64,000 nucleotides of DNA from Macrostomum lignano (taxonomy: Eukaryota), in assembly GCA_002269645.1 (NCBI GenBank), contig NIVC01001021.1, forward strand, positions 124,001 through 188,000, given 5' to 3'. Position 1 is the first letter of the stretch. Each line of letters opens with the position of its first letter. The notes below the pieces were generated by a model that saw only the letters and a list, made by a program, of their open reading frames with translations, did not search any database and was not told where the DNA came from. Below, one piece after another: positions 44,621-55,766 of the stretch. The position numbers and the translations under genes are program-made.

Positions 44621-45189
44621 TCTATCTAAACCCAAGCCCCTCACTTTTCTCTCATGCTCTACGTATGCAGTACTAAAATAAGTTGTCATCAGCTACACGC
44701 AGATTAGCAGAGCTGAGACCAGCTAGCCAGACCTAAAGTGACGCTACACACAGTGTCTTCAGTCAGGTCGCGTCCCCACCAGCTGTGAAGCAAAGAATAT
44801 TGTATTCCGGAGGGAAATCTGGATCAATACTGGCACAGCATTCGTATTCCTTATTCAAATAATTCACCGCAGTCTTCTTTCTTCTCTTGCAGCAAGTGCA
44901 TTCTTCTTCTAGAAGTGACTGCAATAATTCACAGAGCTACTCAGGACATAGGAGGCGCATTCAATTAAGCTTTTAAGCTCATGCGCTCTGCAGTTTATTG
45001 AAAATATATTTCATGCAAAGTCACACAATGCGGCAACTGAGTCCTTTACGAGCGTATTGAATTTTTTCCTGACTGAACTTTAGCCGCTGTTAGCGAAATT
45101 AATCTGTTCATTTATCTCTGATCGTTCGATTAGGTATTTTCCTTCCCGTGTGTCTGTATCTACTCTCATCTCAATTCCGTAATTCCGTA

Positions 45190-45665
45190 AGTCTTAGTCA
45201 TGCTAATCTAATCTCAACTGATCTTAGTTATCTCAGTCTAATCTCAGCTGATCTTAGTTATCTCAGTCTAATCTCATCTGATCGTAGTCATGCTAATCTA
45301 GTCTCATCTGATCTTAGTCATGCTAATCTAGTCTCATCTGATCTTAGTCATGCTAATCTAATCTCATCTGATCTTAGTCATGCTAATCTAGTCTCATCTG
45401 ATCTTAGTCATGCTAATCTAATCTCATCTGATCTTAGTCATGCTAATCTAGTCTCATCTGATCTTAGTCATGCTAATCTAGTCTCATCTGATCTTAGTCA
45501 TGCTAATCTAGTCTCATCTGATCGTAGTCATGCTAATCTAGTCTCATCTGATCTTAGTCATGCTAATCTAATCTCATCTGATCTTAGTCATGCTAATCTA
45601 GTCTCATGTGATCTTAGTCATGCTAATCTAATCTCATCTGATCTTAGTCATGCTAATCTAATCTT
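45190..45665. repeat. 30-bp minisatellite (TCTGATCTTAGTCATGCTAATCTAGTCTCA)
   Basis: Read directly from the sequence; internal 5-nt TCTnA periodicity. Confidence 0.92.
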
Positions 45666-45744
45666 AATTCAGCTCAGTCTCTTATCTAATCTTACTTCAG
45701 TTATCCCTATCTACTTCCTTGCTTATCTAATCTATAATCTCTAT

Positions 45745-45990
45745 AGGAGGTTTTAGCCTAGTGGTCAGAGTGTCGGACGCACGACTGAAAGGTCGAAAGT
45801 TCGATTCTCGACCTACTCGGAACAAGTTGTGCCCTTGAGCAAGACACTTAACTCTGCATTGCTTCAGTTCATGGGTGCCAGCATTAGCTGGGGTAATTGA
45901 GGGTGTGTGTGGCGACCCCCAGTCCTTGGACTGAACAGCCGTACGCAGCCTTCAGATGCGCCGCGCAATAGCTGCGGCTGAGCTGTCGGT
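45745..45990 (+). mobile_element. tRNA-headed CORE-type SINE
   Basis: A-box TAGCCTAGTGG, B-box AGTTCGATTCT, then TGTGCCCTTGAGCAAGACACTTAACTCTGCATTGCTTCAGTT, resembling the MIR/CORE domain. A second copy lies at 63095-63365 (-). Confidence 0.8.
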
Positions 45991-46268
45991 TGCACATCTC
46001 GGTTGCACATTTTTATTGAAAGGACAGAGATTCGTTTCACAAACAGATTGCATTGAACACTGCTGGCTGCAGAAGACTAAATCATCTGATGCAGAATGGC
46101 AACATATTTGCTTGGATTCCAATTAAAGGGGGAGTGGGAGAGGGGGATAAGCGAATGGATAGAGATTGGGAAGAAAGGTTATTAAGGATGAAGGCAAAGA
46201 TAGATGGATGGAAAGACTATAAGGGTTAGAAATGCTGAACTTTGCTCGAAGTTTCGGTCGAAGTGCCG

Positions 46269-46456
46269 CTATTCGCAAAGTTTGCCCTTTAGTTGGCACA
46301 TTAGTTACTGGGGAAATATTTGAGGGATTAAACAAGAGCCACCCCACCAGTCTGTAAAAAAACTATTCGCAAAGTTTGCCCTTTAGTTGGCACATTAGTT
46401 ACTGGGGAAATATTTGAGGGATTAAACAAGAGCCACCCACCAGTCTGTAAAAAAAC
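46269..46456. repeat. 94-bp direct tandem duplication
   Basis: CTATTCGCAAAGTTTGCCC...CAGTCTGTAAAAAAA occurs at 46269 and 46363. Confidence 0.9.
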
Positions 46457-46744
46457 CGTGCAAGCCTTAGGAAATGATCCGCAATGTTTATGGCTTAACT
46501 AAAATTGTGCGTTGCATGGCAAATGCGGGTCCTTGTATATTATTGTTAGTATGAAGTTTTCTTGCTCTCTTCTACTGCTCTTGTTGCATCGTACTTCCGC
46601 AAAGGATTAATTTCTTTTTTTTGTTTGTTCGGTATTTTAAGACGCAAGTTATTTTGGCTTAGTAAATCAACCAATTTTCACCTTTCTTCAACATTCTTTC
46701 AGAGAGTGTCCATGTAGCAATAAGATAAGGCCAGATACAGTGCA

Positions 46745-47070
46745 CAAAAACAGCACCAAAAACAGCATCAAAGAACCGCACAAAAAACAGCATCGAAAAC
46801 AGCATCAAAAACAGCATCAAAAAAGCATCAAAAACAGCACCAAAACAGCATCAAAAACAGTACCAAAAACAGCACCAAAGCAGCATGAAAAACAGTACCA
46901 AAAATAGCACCAAACAGCACCAAAACAGCACCAAAACAGCATCATCAACAGCAATAAAAACAGCGTCAGAACAGCACCAAAAACAGCACCAAAACAGTAC
47001 CAGAACAGCACCAAAAACGTCAATAGAGCACCAGAAACAGCTTCAAAAACAGGGTCGAAAAAGCAGCTAA
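46745..47070. repeat. Degenerate ~12-bp repeat (AAAACAGCACCA/AAAACAGCATCA)
   Basis: Read directly from the sequence. Confidence 0.85.
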
Positions 47071-47594
47071 AATAGTCTTGTTTACGTGGGTCAGGTCAAA
47101 TATTAAAGAGCTAAAATTTTTAGCAAAAGTTCAGCTCTATAGCTCGTAATTACGTAATTACCCCTTGTAATTACCCCTCGAATTTCGACAATCGTAGCCC
47201 TGACAAACTTTAGCAGAATTTAGCCATATAACAGCTGATCAATAAAATTGTCTCGATTAATCGATTTAAACAAATGAGGCTCGGATGGCCTTGAAGTCAC
47301 TTCCGGGCGGAAGTGGCAAGCTGGAACTGACCCATTGAGTCCTGTCCACTTCTGTTATTCATTTTAAACTTCGGGAACAACAGCATCAGTTGGGGAAAGT
47401 TGGGTGAATAACAAAATTTTACATTCTTTCCGATCTGTAATTTGTTGCACTGGCTTAGCCACTTACTCTCGTATTCATCAGCATTTGCAGTCAGGGATTG
47501 CAGGGGGGATAAGCTCTTGCATATAAGTCTACTGAACTGCTTAAATTGAAGTAGGTTGTGTTCTTCATCTGCCACTTGAGATTCTCCTGTTCAT

Positions 47595-48485
47595 AACTCT
47601 CTCTCTCTCTCTCCCCTCTCCTCCCCCCCTCTCTCCTCTCGCCTCTCTCCTCTCCCCTCTCTCCTCTCCCCTCTCTCCTCTCCCCTCTCTCCTCTCCCCC
47701 TCTCTCCTCTCCCCTCTCTCCTCTCCCCCTCTCTCCCTCCCCCTCTCTCCTCTCCCCTTCTCTGTTAGGATGAATAAATCCCTCCTCCTCTCCCTATGAA
47801 TGAATCTCTCCTCTCCCCTTCTCTCCTCTCCCCTTCTCTCCTCTCCCCTTCTCTCCTCTCCCCTTCTCTCCTCTCCCCTTCTCTCCTCTCCCCTTCTCTC
47901 CTCTCCCCTTCTCTCCTCTCCCCTTCTCTCCTCTCCCCTTCTCTCCTCTCCCCTTCTCTCCTCTCCCCTTCTCTCCTCTCCCCTTCTCTCCTCTCCCCTT
48001 CTCTCCTCTCCCCTTCTCTCCTCTCCCCTTCTCTCCTCTCCCCTTCTCTCCTCTCCCCTTCTCTCCTCTCCCCTTCTCTCCTCTCCCCTTCTCTCCTCTC
48101 CCCTTCTCTCCTCTCCCCTTCTCTCCTCTCCCCTTCTCTCCTCTCCCCTTCTCTCCTCTCCCCTTCTCTCCCCTTCTCTGTTAGTATGAATAAATCCCTC
48201 CTCCTCTCCCTATGAATGAATCTCTCCTCTCCCCATCGCTCCTCTCCCCTTCTCTCCTCTCCCCCTCTCTCCTCTCCCCTTCTCTCCTCTCTCCCTCTCT
48301 CTCCTCTCCCCCTCTCTCCTCTCCCCTTCTCTCCTCTCTCCCTCTCTCTCCTCTCCCCTTCTCTCCTCTCCCCTTCTCTCCTCTCCCCCTCTCTCCTCTC
48401 CCCTTCTCTCCTCCCCCCCTCTCTCCTCTCCCCCTCTCTCCTCCCCCCCTCTCCTCTCGCCCTCTGTCCTCTCGCCCTTCTCCCC
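47595..48485. repeat. CT-rich 15-bp repeat (CTCTCCTCTCCCCTT) with a duplicated unique spacer
   Basis: The spacer CTGTTAG.ATGAATAAATCCCTCCTCCTCTCCCTATGAATGAAT occurs at ~47762 and ~48178. Confidence 0.92.
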
Positions 48486-49094
48486 CAAAGTCCCTCCATC
48501 TCATTATCGAATAAAGAGTGAAAAAATAAAATATCAAAATTATTAGATTCAAGTGGGAAAGCAACAGGCATTTATTGGGTTCTTGGAAAGAAACTGTCAG
48601 TCTACGTCACTGATTATTTTACAAATATCGAGCCATATTTATTTATTTATAGACCCGTTATTCATAAACACAAAGAGTCATTTCAACTGACTGAAGCATT
48701 CAAACTGGCGTGCTTTTATGCGAAAAATGAAGACAGAAAGTTTTTTAAAGAACAAGCGACAGATTTCTTTTGATAGAAAATTGTTTATAATACTCTAAAA
48801 AAATTTCGAAATTATCAGGGTCAAGTTTGTAAACAAAACTGAATACAAGCGTAATGTCAGTATTTATTTTCAATGTCAGATTCACATAGAATTAATGGGA
48901 ACACATCAAAATGCGTGGCTAGATTCGTTTGGGGATTGCGTACTCACAGGGAGCAGAGAGTGCACATGCCTACGGAGCAGAGAGAAAGTCAAGTGAGCGC
49001 GTGCTCAGGGGTCTACGAAATTGGAATAAATGCACGAGCCCATGCGACTCTTCAATGCTGATAATGAGGTTGAAGAGGTCGCATAGCCAGACTC

Positions 49095-49962
49095 CCTGGT
49101 GCTGGTGCTCCTGGTGCTGGCGCCCCTGGTGCTGGCGCCCCTGGTGCTGGCGCCCCTGGTGCTGGCGCCCCTGGTGCTGGCGCCCCTGGTGCTGGCGCCC
49201 CTGGTGCTGGCGCCCCTGGTGCTGGCGCCCCTGGTGCTGGCGCCCCTGGTGCTGGCGCCCCTGGTGCTGGCGCCCCTGGTGCTGGCGCCCCTGGTGCTGG
49301 CGCCCTGGTGCTGGCGCCCCTGGTGCTGGCGCCCCTGGTGCTGGCGCCCCTGGTGCTGGCGCCCCTGGTGCTGGCGCCCCTGGTGCTGGCGCCCCTGGTG
49401 CTGGCGCCCCTGGTGCTGGCGCCCCTGGTGCTGGCGCCCCTGGTGCTGGCGCCCCTGGTGCTGGCGCCCCTGGTGCTGGCGCCCCTGGTGCTAAAGCCCC
49501 TGGTGCTGGCGCCCCTGGTGCTAAAGCCCATGGTGCTAAAGCCCCTGGTGCTAAAGCCCCTGGTGCTAAAGCCCCTGGTGCTGGCGCCCCTGGTGCTAAA
49601 GCCCCTGGTGCTAAAGCCCCTGGTGCTAAAGCCCCTGGTGCTAAAGCCCCTGGTGCTAAAGCCCCTGGTGCTAAAGCCCCTGGTGCTAAAGCCCCTGGTG
49701 CTAAAGCCCCTGGTGCTAAAGCCCCTGGTGCTGGCTCCATTGGTGCTAAAGCCCCTGGTGCTGGCGCCCCTGGTGCTAAAGCCCCTGGGTGCTAAAGCCC
49801 CTGGTGCTAAAGCCCCTGGGTGCTAAAGCCCCTGGTGCTAAAGCCCCTGGTGCTAAAGCCCCTGGTGCTGGCTCCATTGGTGCTAAAGCCCCTGGTGCTA
49901 AAGCCCTTGGTGCTAAAGCCCCTGGTGCTGGCTCCATTGGTGCTAAAGCCCCTGGTGCTAAA
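49095..49962. repeat. 15-bp GC-rich minisatellite (GCCCCTGGTGCTGGC grading into GCCCCTGGTGCTAAA)
   Basis: Read directly from the sequence; lies just 3' of the ENaC stop. Confidence 0.95.
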
Positions 49963-50079
49963 GCAAAACAAATTCCCGAAAAGCACACTGGACGACAAAA
50001 GCATTGTATTTTATTAATAAAGAATCACAGTACAGTGCATAACAAGCAGACTCGCCATCACGCTGCATGTCAGCTGTCA

Positions 50080-53000
50080 TCAGTCGGCCCCCTGCTTCCT
50101 GAAGGCCACCATTGAGTCACCATTCTCTCCATCAGCGTCTCTGTCGTCTTGCCGTCTTCCGCCAGACGGTGCGCGCCTTCGCTGCCACCTGCTCCGAAGG
50201 TAATCTAGCAGGTTGAAGACCAGCTCGACCAGTTCGGCCACGCAGATCAACGTGATGCCGCAGAACAGGGCCAGAGCTCCACCAATCTGACCAATCAGAG
50301 ACGAGCTCTCCATCACCCAGTGCTCCTTCTGCTTCACGGCGTGATGCTTGGAGAAGCTGAGCACCAGAGTTAGAAAATTCTTCTCCAAATAGTCTGTGGA
50401 GTTGAGCCAGGCCTCGGCTTCGGCCATTCGATTCAGCTTCTTCATCTTCATCGCGTTAGCGTACGCTTCGAACGGCGCCGGGTCGCGTCTGTACAGCTCC
50501 GAGTTGAAGATGTACTCGCTGAATATCTCCAGCGCCGAGGACTTGGTGACACCGATCGAGGAGCTGTGAGCGACGGTGTGACGCACAAAAGTGCAGCTGC
50601 CTCGACATTCGTAGTTCTCGTTGAGTTTCGCCCGTTCCAGCAGGAACTGCTTCACTTTCGGGTTCACGTGACGCCCGTCGTCGCCTTTGCTGTCCACATC
50701 AAGGATGCAGTGCAGTTGCTTGTAGTCCAACTGCGATGCGTTCAAATCCTGACGCAGGCAGAGCGGGTAGCGGGACAGATCCTCTCCCCGCGGCACCCGC
50801 TGCGGCATGGTCTGGGTGCTGCAGCCGCACAGCTGTCTGTACAGATCCGTGATCTGGGTGAACTTGCACAGGTCCGGGTAGTACTTGCTCCGGTGGTACT
50901 GGCCGGCCAAGTAAAAATCCACGAATTCTTCAGCTGGCTTCGGCTCGCAGTCTTTGACGTGCAGCACCTGTTTCTGTTTCACGTGAATTATGTTCTGCGT
51001 GCCGGGCAGCACGAACAGGCCGTCCTCGATTTCAACCTGCAGGGTGGGAAGGAGAGTTAGCTAGCTACGAGTTAAAAGTTAGTTAAAGCTAGTTATGCCC
51101 TGTGAATGGATTACGCGCGCAGAATGTATTTTCTCGTAGTACGCGACGATGCTAAATAGCGTTTGATATAGATTCCATGCGGATGTAGCGAAGAGGTGAT
51201 AATGGTGTAAGGCGAATGGGATGAGGATTAGTTTCTTAGTTAGAGGCCGGGAGCTGAGCAGGCACACAAGCGCGCGGATACCTATGCAGTCATACGCACA
51301 GGCACACTCACACAGGAGTGTACAGCGGCCCTAACTTTATCGATCTTTAGACATATACACTTCACTGTGCCTTAAGCTGGGCGTTAATTGCACGAGCAGA
51401 GCCAAGCCGAGATTCCAATTTAGCCCCAAATCAATGTGACAGCACTTGGAATCGAGCCTGGGCCGCTGGCACATCAGAGCGCCGCGCTAGAGCACTGGGC
51501 TACGGCACCCGGATATGGGATGAGGATGGGACAGAGTAGCTTAAGCGGCCTCGCTAACCTTGGTTTGACTCTGTGCGTTGCCACATTAATTTGGGGCTTG
51601 TGGGTCGTCGTGACATTCACACCCACATGATTGCCAACCCCCAAGGCACAGAGACTGTACATGCCAGACGATTTGTAAGCCAGAGGCTGCTGTACACCCT
51701 GTGTGAGTGTGTGCCTGTGCGTGTGACTGCGTGCAGCATTGGCGCTCTTGCATGTGCTCAGGATTGCATGTGCTCGCAGCCAAAAAAATACGCGTATTTG
51801 AGATGATGGATGCCAGAAGAATCCGATGAGGATATTTGTAGTAGAAATCATAGGCGCCACATCAAGTTCTCTGATCAAAAAAACGTCAGATTTCAAGTAC
51901 CGGATAGTCGTGATCGTGGTGCAGGTACAGTATGATGCCCTTGCGGAGCGTGGCCGGGTTCTCCAGCATGCAGTACCAGCAGTTGACATTGTCAGCCGGC
52001 GATCTCAGCAGCACGTGCAGCACCACCTTTTTTACCTGGCTGCCTTGCTTGAGTCGGACAGTTTGGCAGTGCGAGTAGCCGGGAATGTAGCGGAATTCCA
52101 CCGAGGCAAAGTTCGGATCGTCAGAGCAGCGCTTCACCTGGTTGATGCTGTTGTTAACGTAGTGCACGTGACAGCTCTCCCGCATAATGAGGCTGTCGGC
52201 TTCCGTTAATTTGAGAACTTCGCTCATGTTTAAGTGATCGTGATAGACTTGGGGCTCGAGCAGTTTGAAGAGAATATTTAATCTGTCTTCCTCGTCCAGC
52301 GAAGAGTTCTGAACTAGGTTGATTATTTTGTGCCTGAAAAGGGTAGGAAGGATTTTCTATTTTATAACTCGTCTACAAGAAATTTTTGGCTTCTTGAAAA
52401 AAATTAATTTCAATTGAAAATTAACCACATTGACTTGCGATAGAACACCTTGGAGAACTAACGATGACAGATCCGGTAGAGACATTACAGGAGAATCAGG
52501 ACCCGTCAAGTGTTCCCACTAATTAGAAACAACTGATGGAGGGACAACCGGTGAAGGAAGAACCGGCAGAGGAAGAACCGGTAGAGGAAGAACCGGTATA
52601 GGAAGAACCGGTAGAAGAAGATACGGTAGAGGAAGAACCGGTAGAGGAAGAACCGGTAGAGGAAGAACCGGTAGAAGAAGATCCGGTAGAGGAAGATCCG
52701 GTAGAGGAAGAACCGGTAGAGGAAGAACCTGATAGAGGAAGTTGCTAAGGTGAGAAACTGCCGAGCTCAACACGCTCACCTGTACGCATCTGGTGTGAGG
52801 TTGGTGTAATGCAGCATGACAGCGGAGATCGGCTTGAAATTGCAAATAGTGAAGGACGGAAACGGCGGCAGTGGCTCCCACTTCATGTTGGAGAACATGG
52901 TGTCGCCGCGCATGTAGATGCTGACCGTCCCTGTGAGGTTCCACAGGAACAGGACGAACAGGACCAACACTGAGGCAGTCCACAGGGCTTTGAGCAGTGG

Positions 53001-53123
53001 GCTGCGGCTTGAGAAGATTCTCGGAATTCCCCTGACCGTGGATCGGCGCAGACAGTCGGAGAAAATTGCGGCCAACGAGACGTCAGAGCCGCCGTCTTCA
53101 GAGGGCGGCTGCGCTGTGGCCAT
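50080..53123 (-). CDS. DEG/ENaC (amiloride-sensitive sodium channel family) subunit, ~577 aa; exons 53123-52780, 52333-51901, 51036-50080
   Basis: Pre-TM1 STVRGIPRIF, TM1, FPSFTICNFKP, Cys-rich ectodomain, TM2 LIGQIGGALALFCGITLICVAELVELV. Both GT-AG introns (phase 2, phase 0) join in frame. Confidence 0.93.
51300..51510 (-). mobile_element. tRNA-headed SINE-like element in the ENaC intron
   Basis: Minus strand reads GGTGCCGTAGCCCAGTG...GGCTCGATTCC (A/B-box-like). A related, more decayed head faces outward at ~51530-51610 (+), sharing CACATT.ATTTGGGGCT. Confidence 0.5.
52545..52742. repeat. 15-bp repeat (GAGGAAGAACCGGTA) in ENaC intron 1
   Basis: Same unit as 58850-59075. Confidence 0.9.
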
Positions 53124-53747
53124 GGCGGTAAAATTATGGGATCATTCCCACTGCAAAGAAATTGGAGAGGGATTTAAATCCCCAAGCAAACGCGTCTCCC
53201 CTTTCTCGATCCCCAGTTCAGACGGCAGCGCATTGGCTGTGAGCGGGGGGGGGGGTACTTTTGTCGTGTAATTTTTTAATGGCAGAGGCGCCGATACTGG
53301 CACTTAGCCGTCCATGGACTTCTACACTACGTACCTGGATGGGGAAAATATAATTGGGCGAAAAACAAAAACACGTCTACGCTCGTAGCAAGAGGAGTCC
53401 ATGGTTCTCGTTAAACTATTTTTACGATTTACGAGCGTAATGTCAGTCTCTTACTCCGCACGTCGTCGTTACTGATTGCAAAATCGGGCTGGTATCCCTT
53501 ACTTAACTGATAGCAGCTGAGCTGGGGAGTAGCAGAGAAGCAGACAGGGTGTGAGTGCACATTCATCCCTGCATAACTGTCGCTGCATTGCAATGCGGAA
53601 TTCCATCCCAGTCATCGTTATGGGGGCGCTCGGGGGTTTTTGCTAAAAAGTCAAAATGCACTTTTTTGGCGGTAAAATTCTAAGAGTCTGTCTGTCTGAG
53701 TCTGAGCATACAAATTCGGCAGTAATTGACGACTTAAATTGTTATTT

Positions 53748-53908
53748 GGAGGGGAATTCTCTCGAGGGGAATTCTCTTGTCACTCTAGAACACGCGAGGG
53801 GAATTCTCTTGTAACTCTAGCACACATGAGGGGAATTTCTCTATTCACTCTAGCACACATGAGGGGAATTTCTCTAGTCACTCTAGCACACATGAGGGGA
53901 ATTTCTGA
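53748..53908. repeat. Short ~34-bp tandem repeat (GAGGGGAATTTCTCT..TCACTCTAGCACACAT)
   Basis: About 4-5 copies. Confidence 0.8.
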
Positions 53909-54364
53909 AAACGATGTTTTAATTAGCTAAATGAATTATTGCACTGAAAAAAGATTTATCAGCTTGAAACAGCTTTAATTATAACAACTGCTATCAGACA
54001 GCAAGCTTTTAAATTGTATTCAATCAATTTATTTTATTTTGATTTTATATTTGTCCCTAGCAAACCTATTTTATTAATGAAGAGGGTATAACAATAGCAT
54101 GATCAATAAGTAGGTACAATAGACAGAAAATATGAAATACAATGTGAAGGGCATTAAAATAAGATTAATATTGTCATAATTCAGTTTTCCAACAAGCTGA
54201 AACTCAAAGGCAGCAGATTTTTTATTACAAGATTATGTTGCGCATACGCACTGTCAACTACAATTGCTGCAGTAGAAATTTTTCAAACTTGCGGGCCAGA
54301 CACCTATAAAGCGTTTCTATTTCGTTTATTTCCTAGGTCCCCTTTCTGAAACCCACCACGATTT

Positions 54365-55690
54365 TCACCCCGATCCCGATCCTGATCTCATTTTGAATTA
54401 CCCCTGATCCCAATCTTGATCCGCATCCAGATCCCATCCTGATCCCTATCCTGATCCCCATCCTGATCCCTATCCTGATCCCTATCCTGATCCCCATCCT
54501 GATCCCTATCCTGATCCCCATCCTGATCCCTATCCTGATCCCCATCCTGATCCCCATCATGCTCTCCATCCTGATCACCATCCTGATTCCATCCTGATCC
54601 CCATTCTGATCCCCCTCCTGATCACCATCCTGATCCCATCCTGATCCCCATCCTGATCCCTATCCTGATCCCTATCCTGATCCCCATCCTGATCCCTATC
54701 CTGATCCCCATCCTGATCCCCATCATGCTCTCCATCCTGATCCCCATCCTAATCCCCATCCTGATCACCATCCTGATTCCATCCTGATCCCCATTCTGAT
54801 CCCCATCCTGATCACCATCCTGATCCCATCCTGATTCCATCCTGATCCCCATCCTAATCCCCATTTTTATCCCCATCCTGATCCCCACCCTGATCCCCAT
54901 CATGCTCTCCATCCTGATCCCCATCCTGATCCCCATCCTGATCCCCATCCTAATCCTTATTCTGATCCCCATCCTGATCACCATCCTAATTCCCATCCTG
55001 ATCTCCATCCTGATCCCCACCCTGATCTCTATCTTAGTCCTTATCCTGATCCCCACCCTGATCTCTATCTTAGTCCTTATCCTGATCCCCACCCTGATCC
55101 CTATCTTAGTCCTTATCCTGATCCCCATCCTGATCCCCATCCTGATCCCCATCCTGATCCCCATCCTGATCCCCATCCTGATTCCCATCCTGATCCCCAT
55201 CCTGATCCCCATCATGTTCCCCATCCTGATCCCCATCCTGATTCCCATCCTGATCCCCATCCTGATCCCCATCATGTTCCCCATCCTGATCCCCATCCTG
55301 ATTCCCATCCTGATCCCCATCCTGATCCCCATCATGTTCCCCATCCTGATCCCCATCCTGATTCCCACCCTGATCCCTATCTTAGTCCTTATCCTGATCC
55401 TCATCCTGATTCCTATCCTGATCCTCATCCTGATTCCTATCCTGATCCCCATTTTGATCTCCATCCTGCTCCCATCCTAATTCCTAATCTGATTCCAATC
55501 TTGATCCTCATCCTGATACCCATCCTGATCCCCATCCTGATCCCCATCCTGATCCCCATTTTGATCCCCATCCTGATACTCATCCTGATCCCCATCCTGA
55601 TCCCCATTTCGATCCCCATCCTGATCTTCATCTTGATCCCCACCATGATCCCCACCATGATCCCCACCATGATCCCCACCATGATCCCCC
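54365..55690. repeat. 12-bp minisatellite (ATCCTGATCCCC)
   Basis: Read directly from the sequence. Confidence 0.95.
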
Positions 55691-55766
55691 ACTGTTCTAC
55701 AGCAGAATCAGTCTAACTCAAACGCTCTTCATATCTTCATCGAAAAAAGTCCACGCCATCCCAGTA

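Noticed and set aside
45745-45815. tRNA gene
   Set aside because: A/B boxes are present but there is no complete cloverleaf, and it runs directly into a CORE-like body, so it is called a SINE head.
47296-47575. 92-aa minus-strand ORF starting MADEEHNLL
   Set aside because: Could be an exon, but I found no motif, convincing donor or partner exon.
48929-50017. Collagen/elastin-like GAPGA proteins
   Set aside because: 15-bp repeat open in several frames on both strands, with no signal peptide or splice support.
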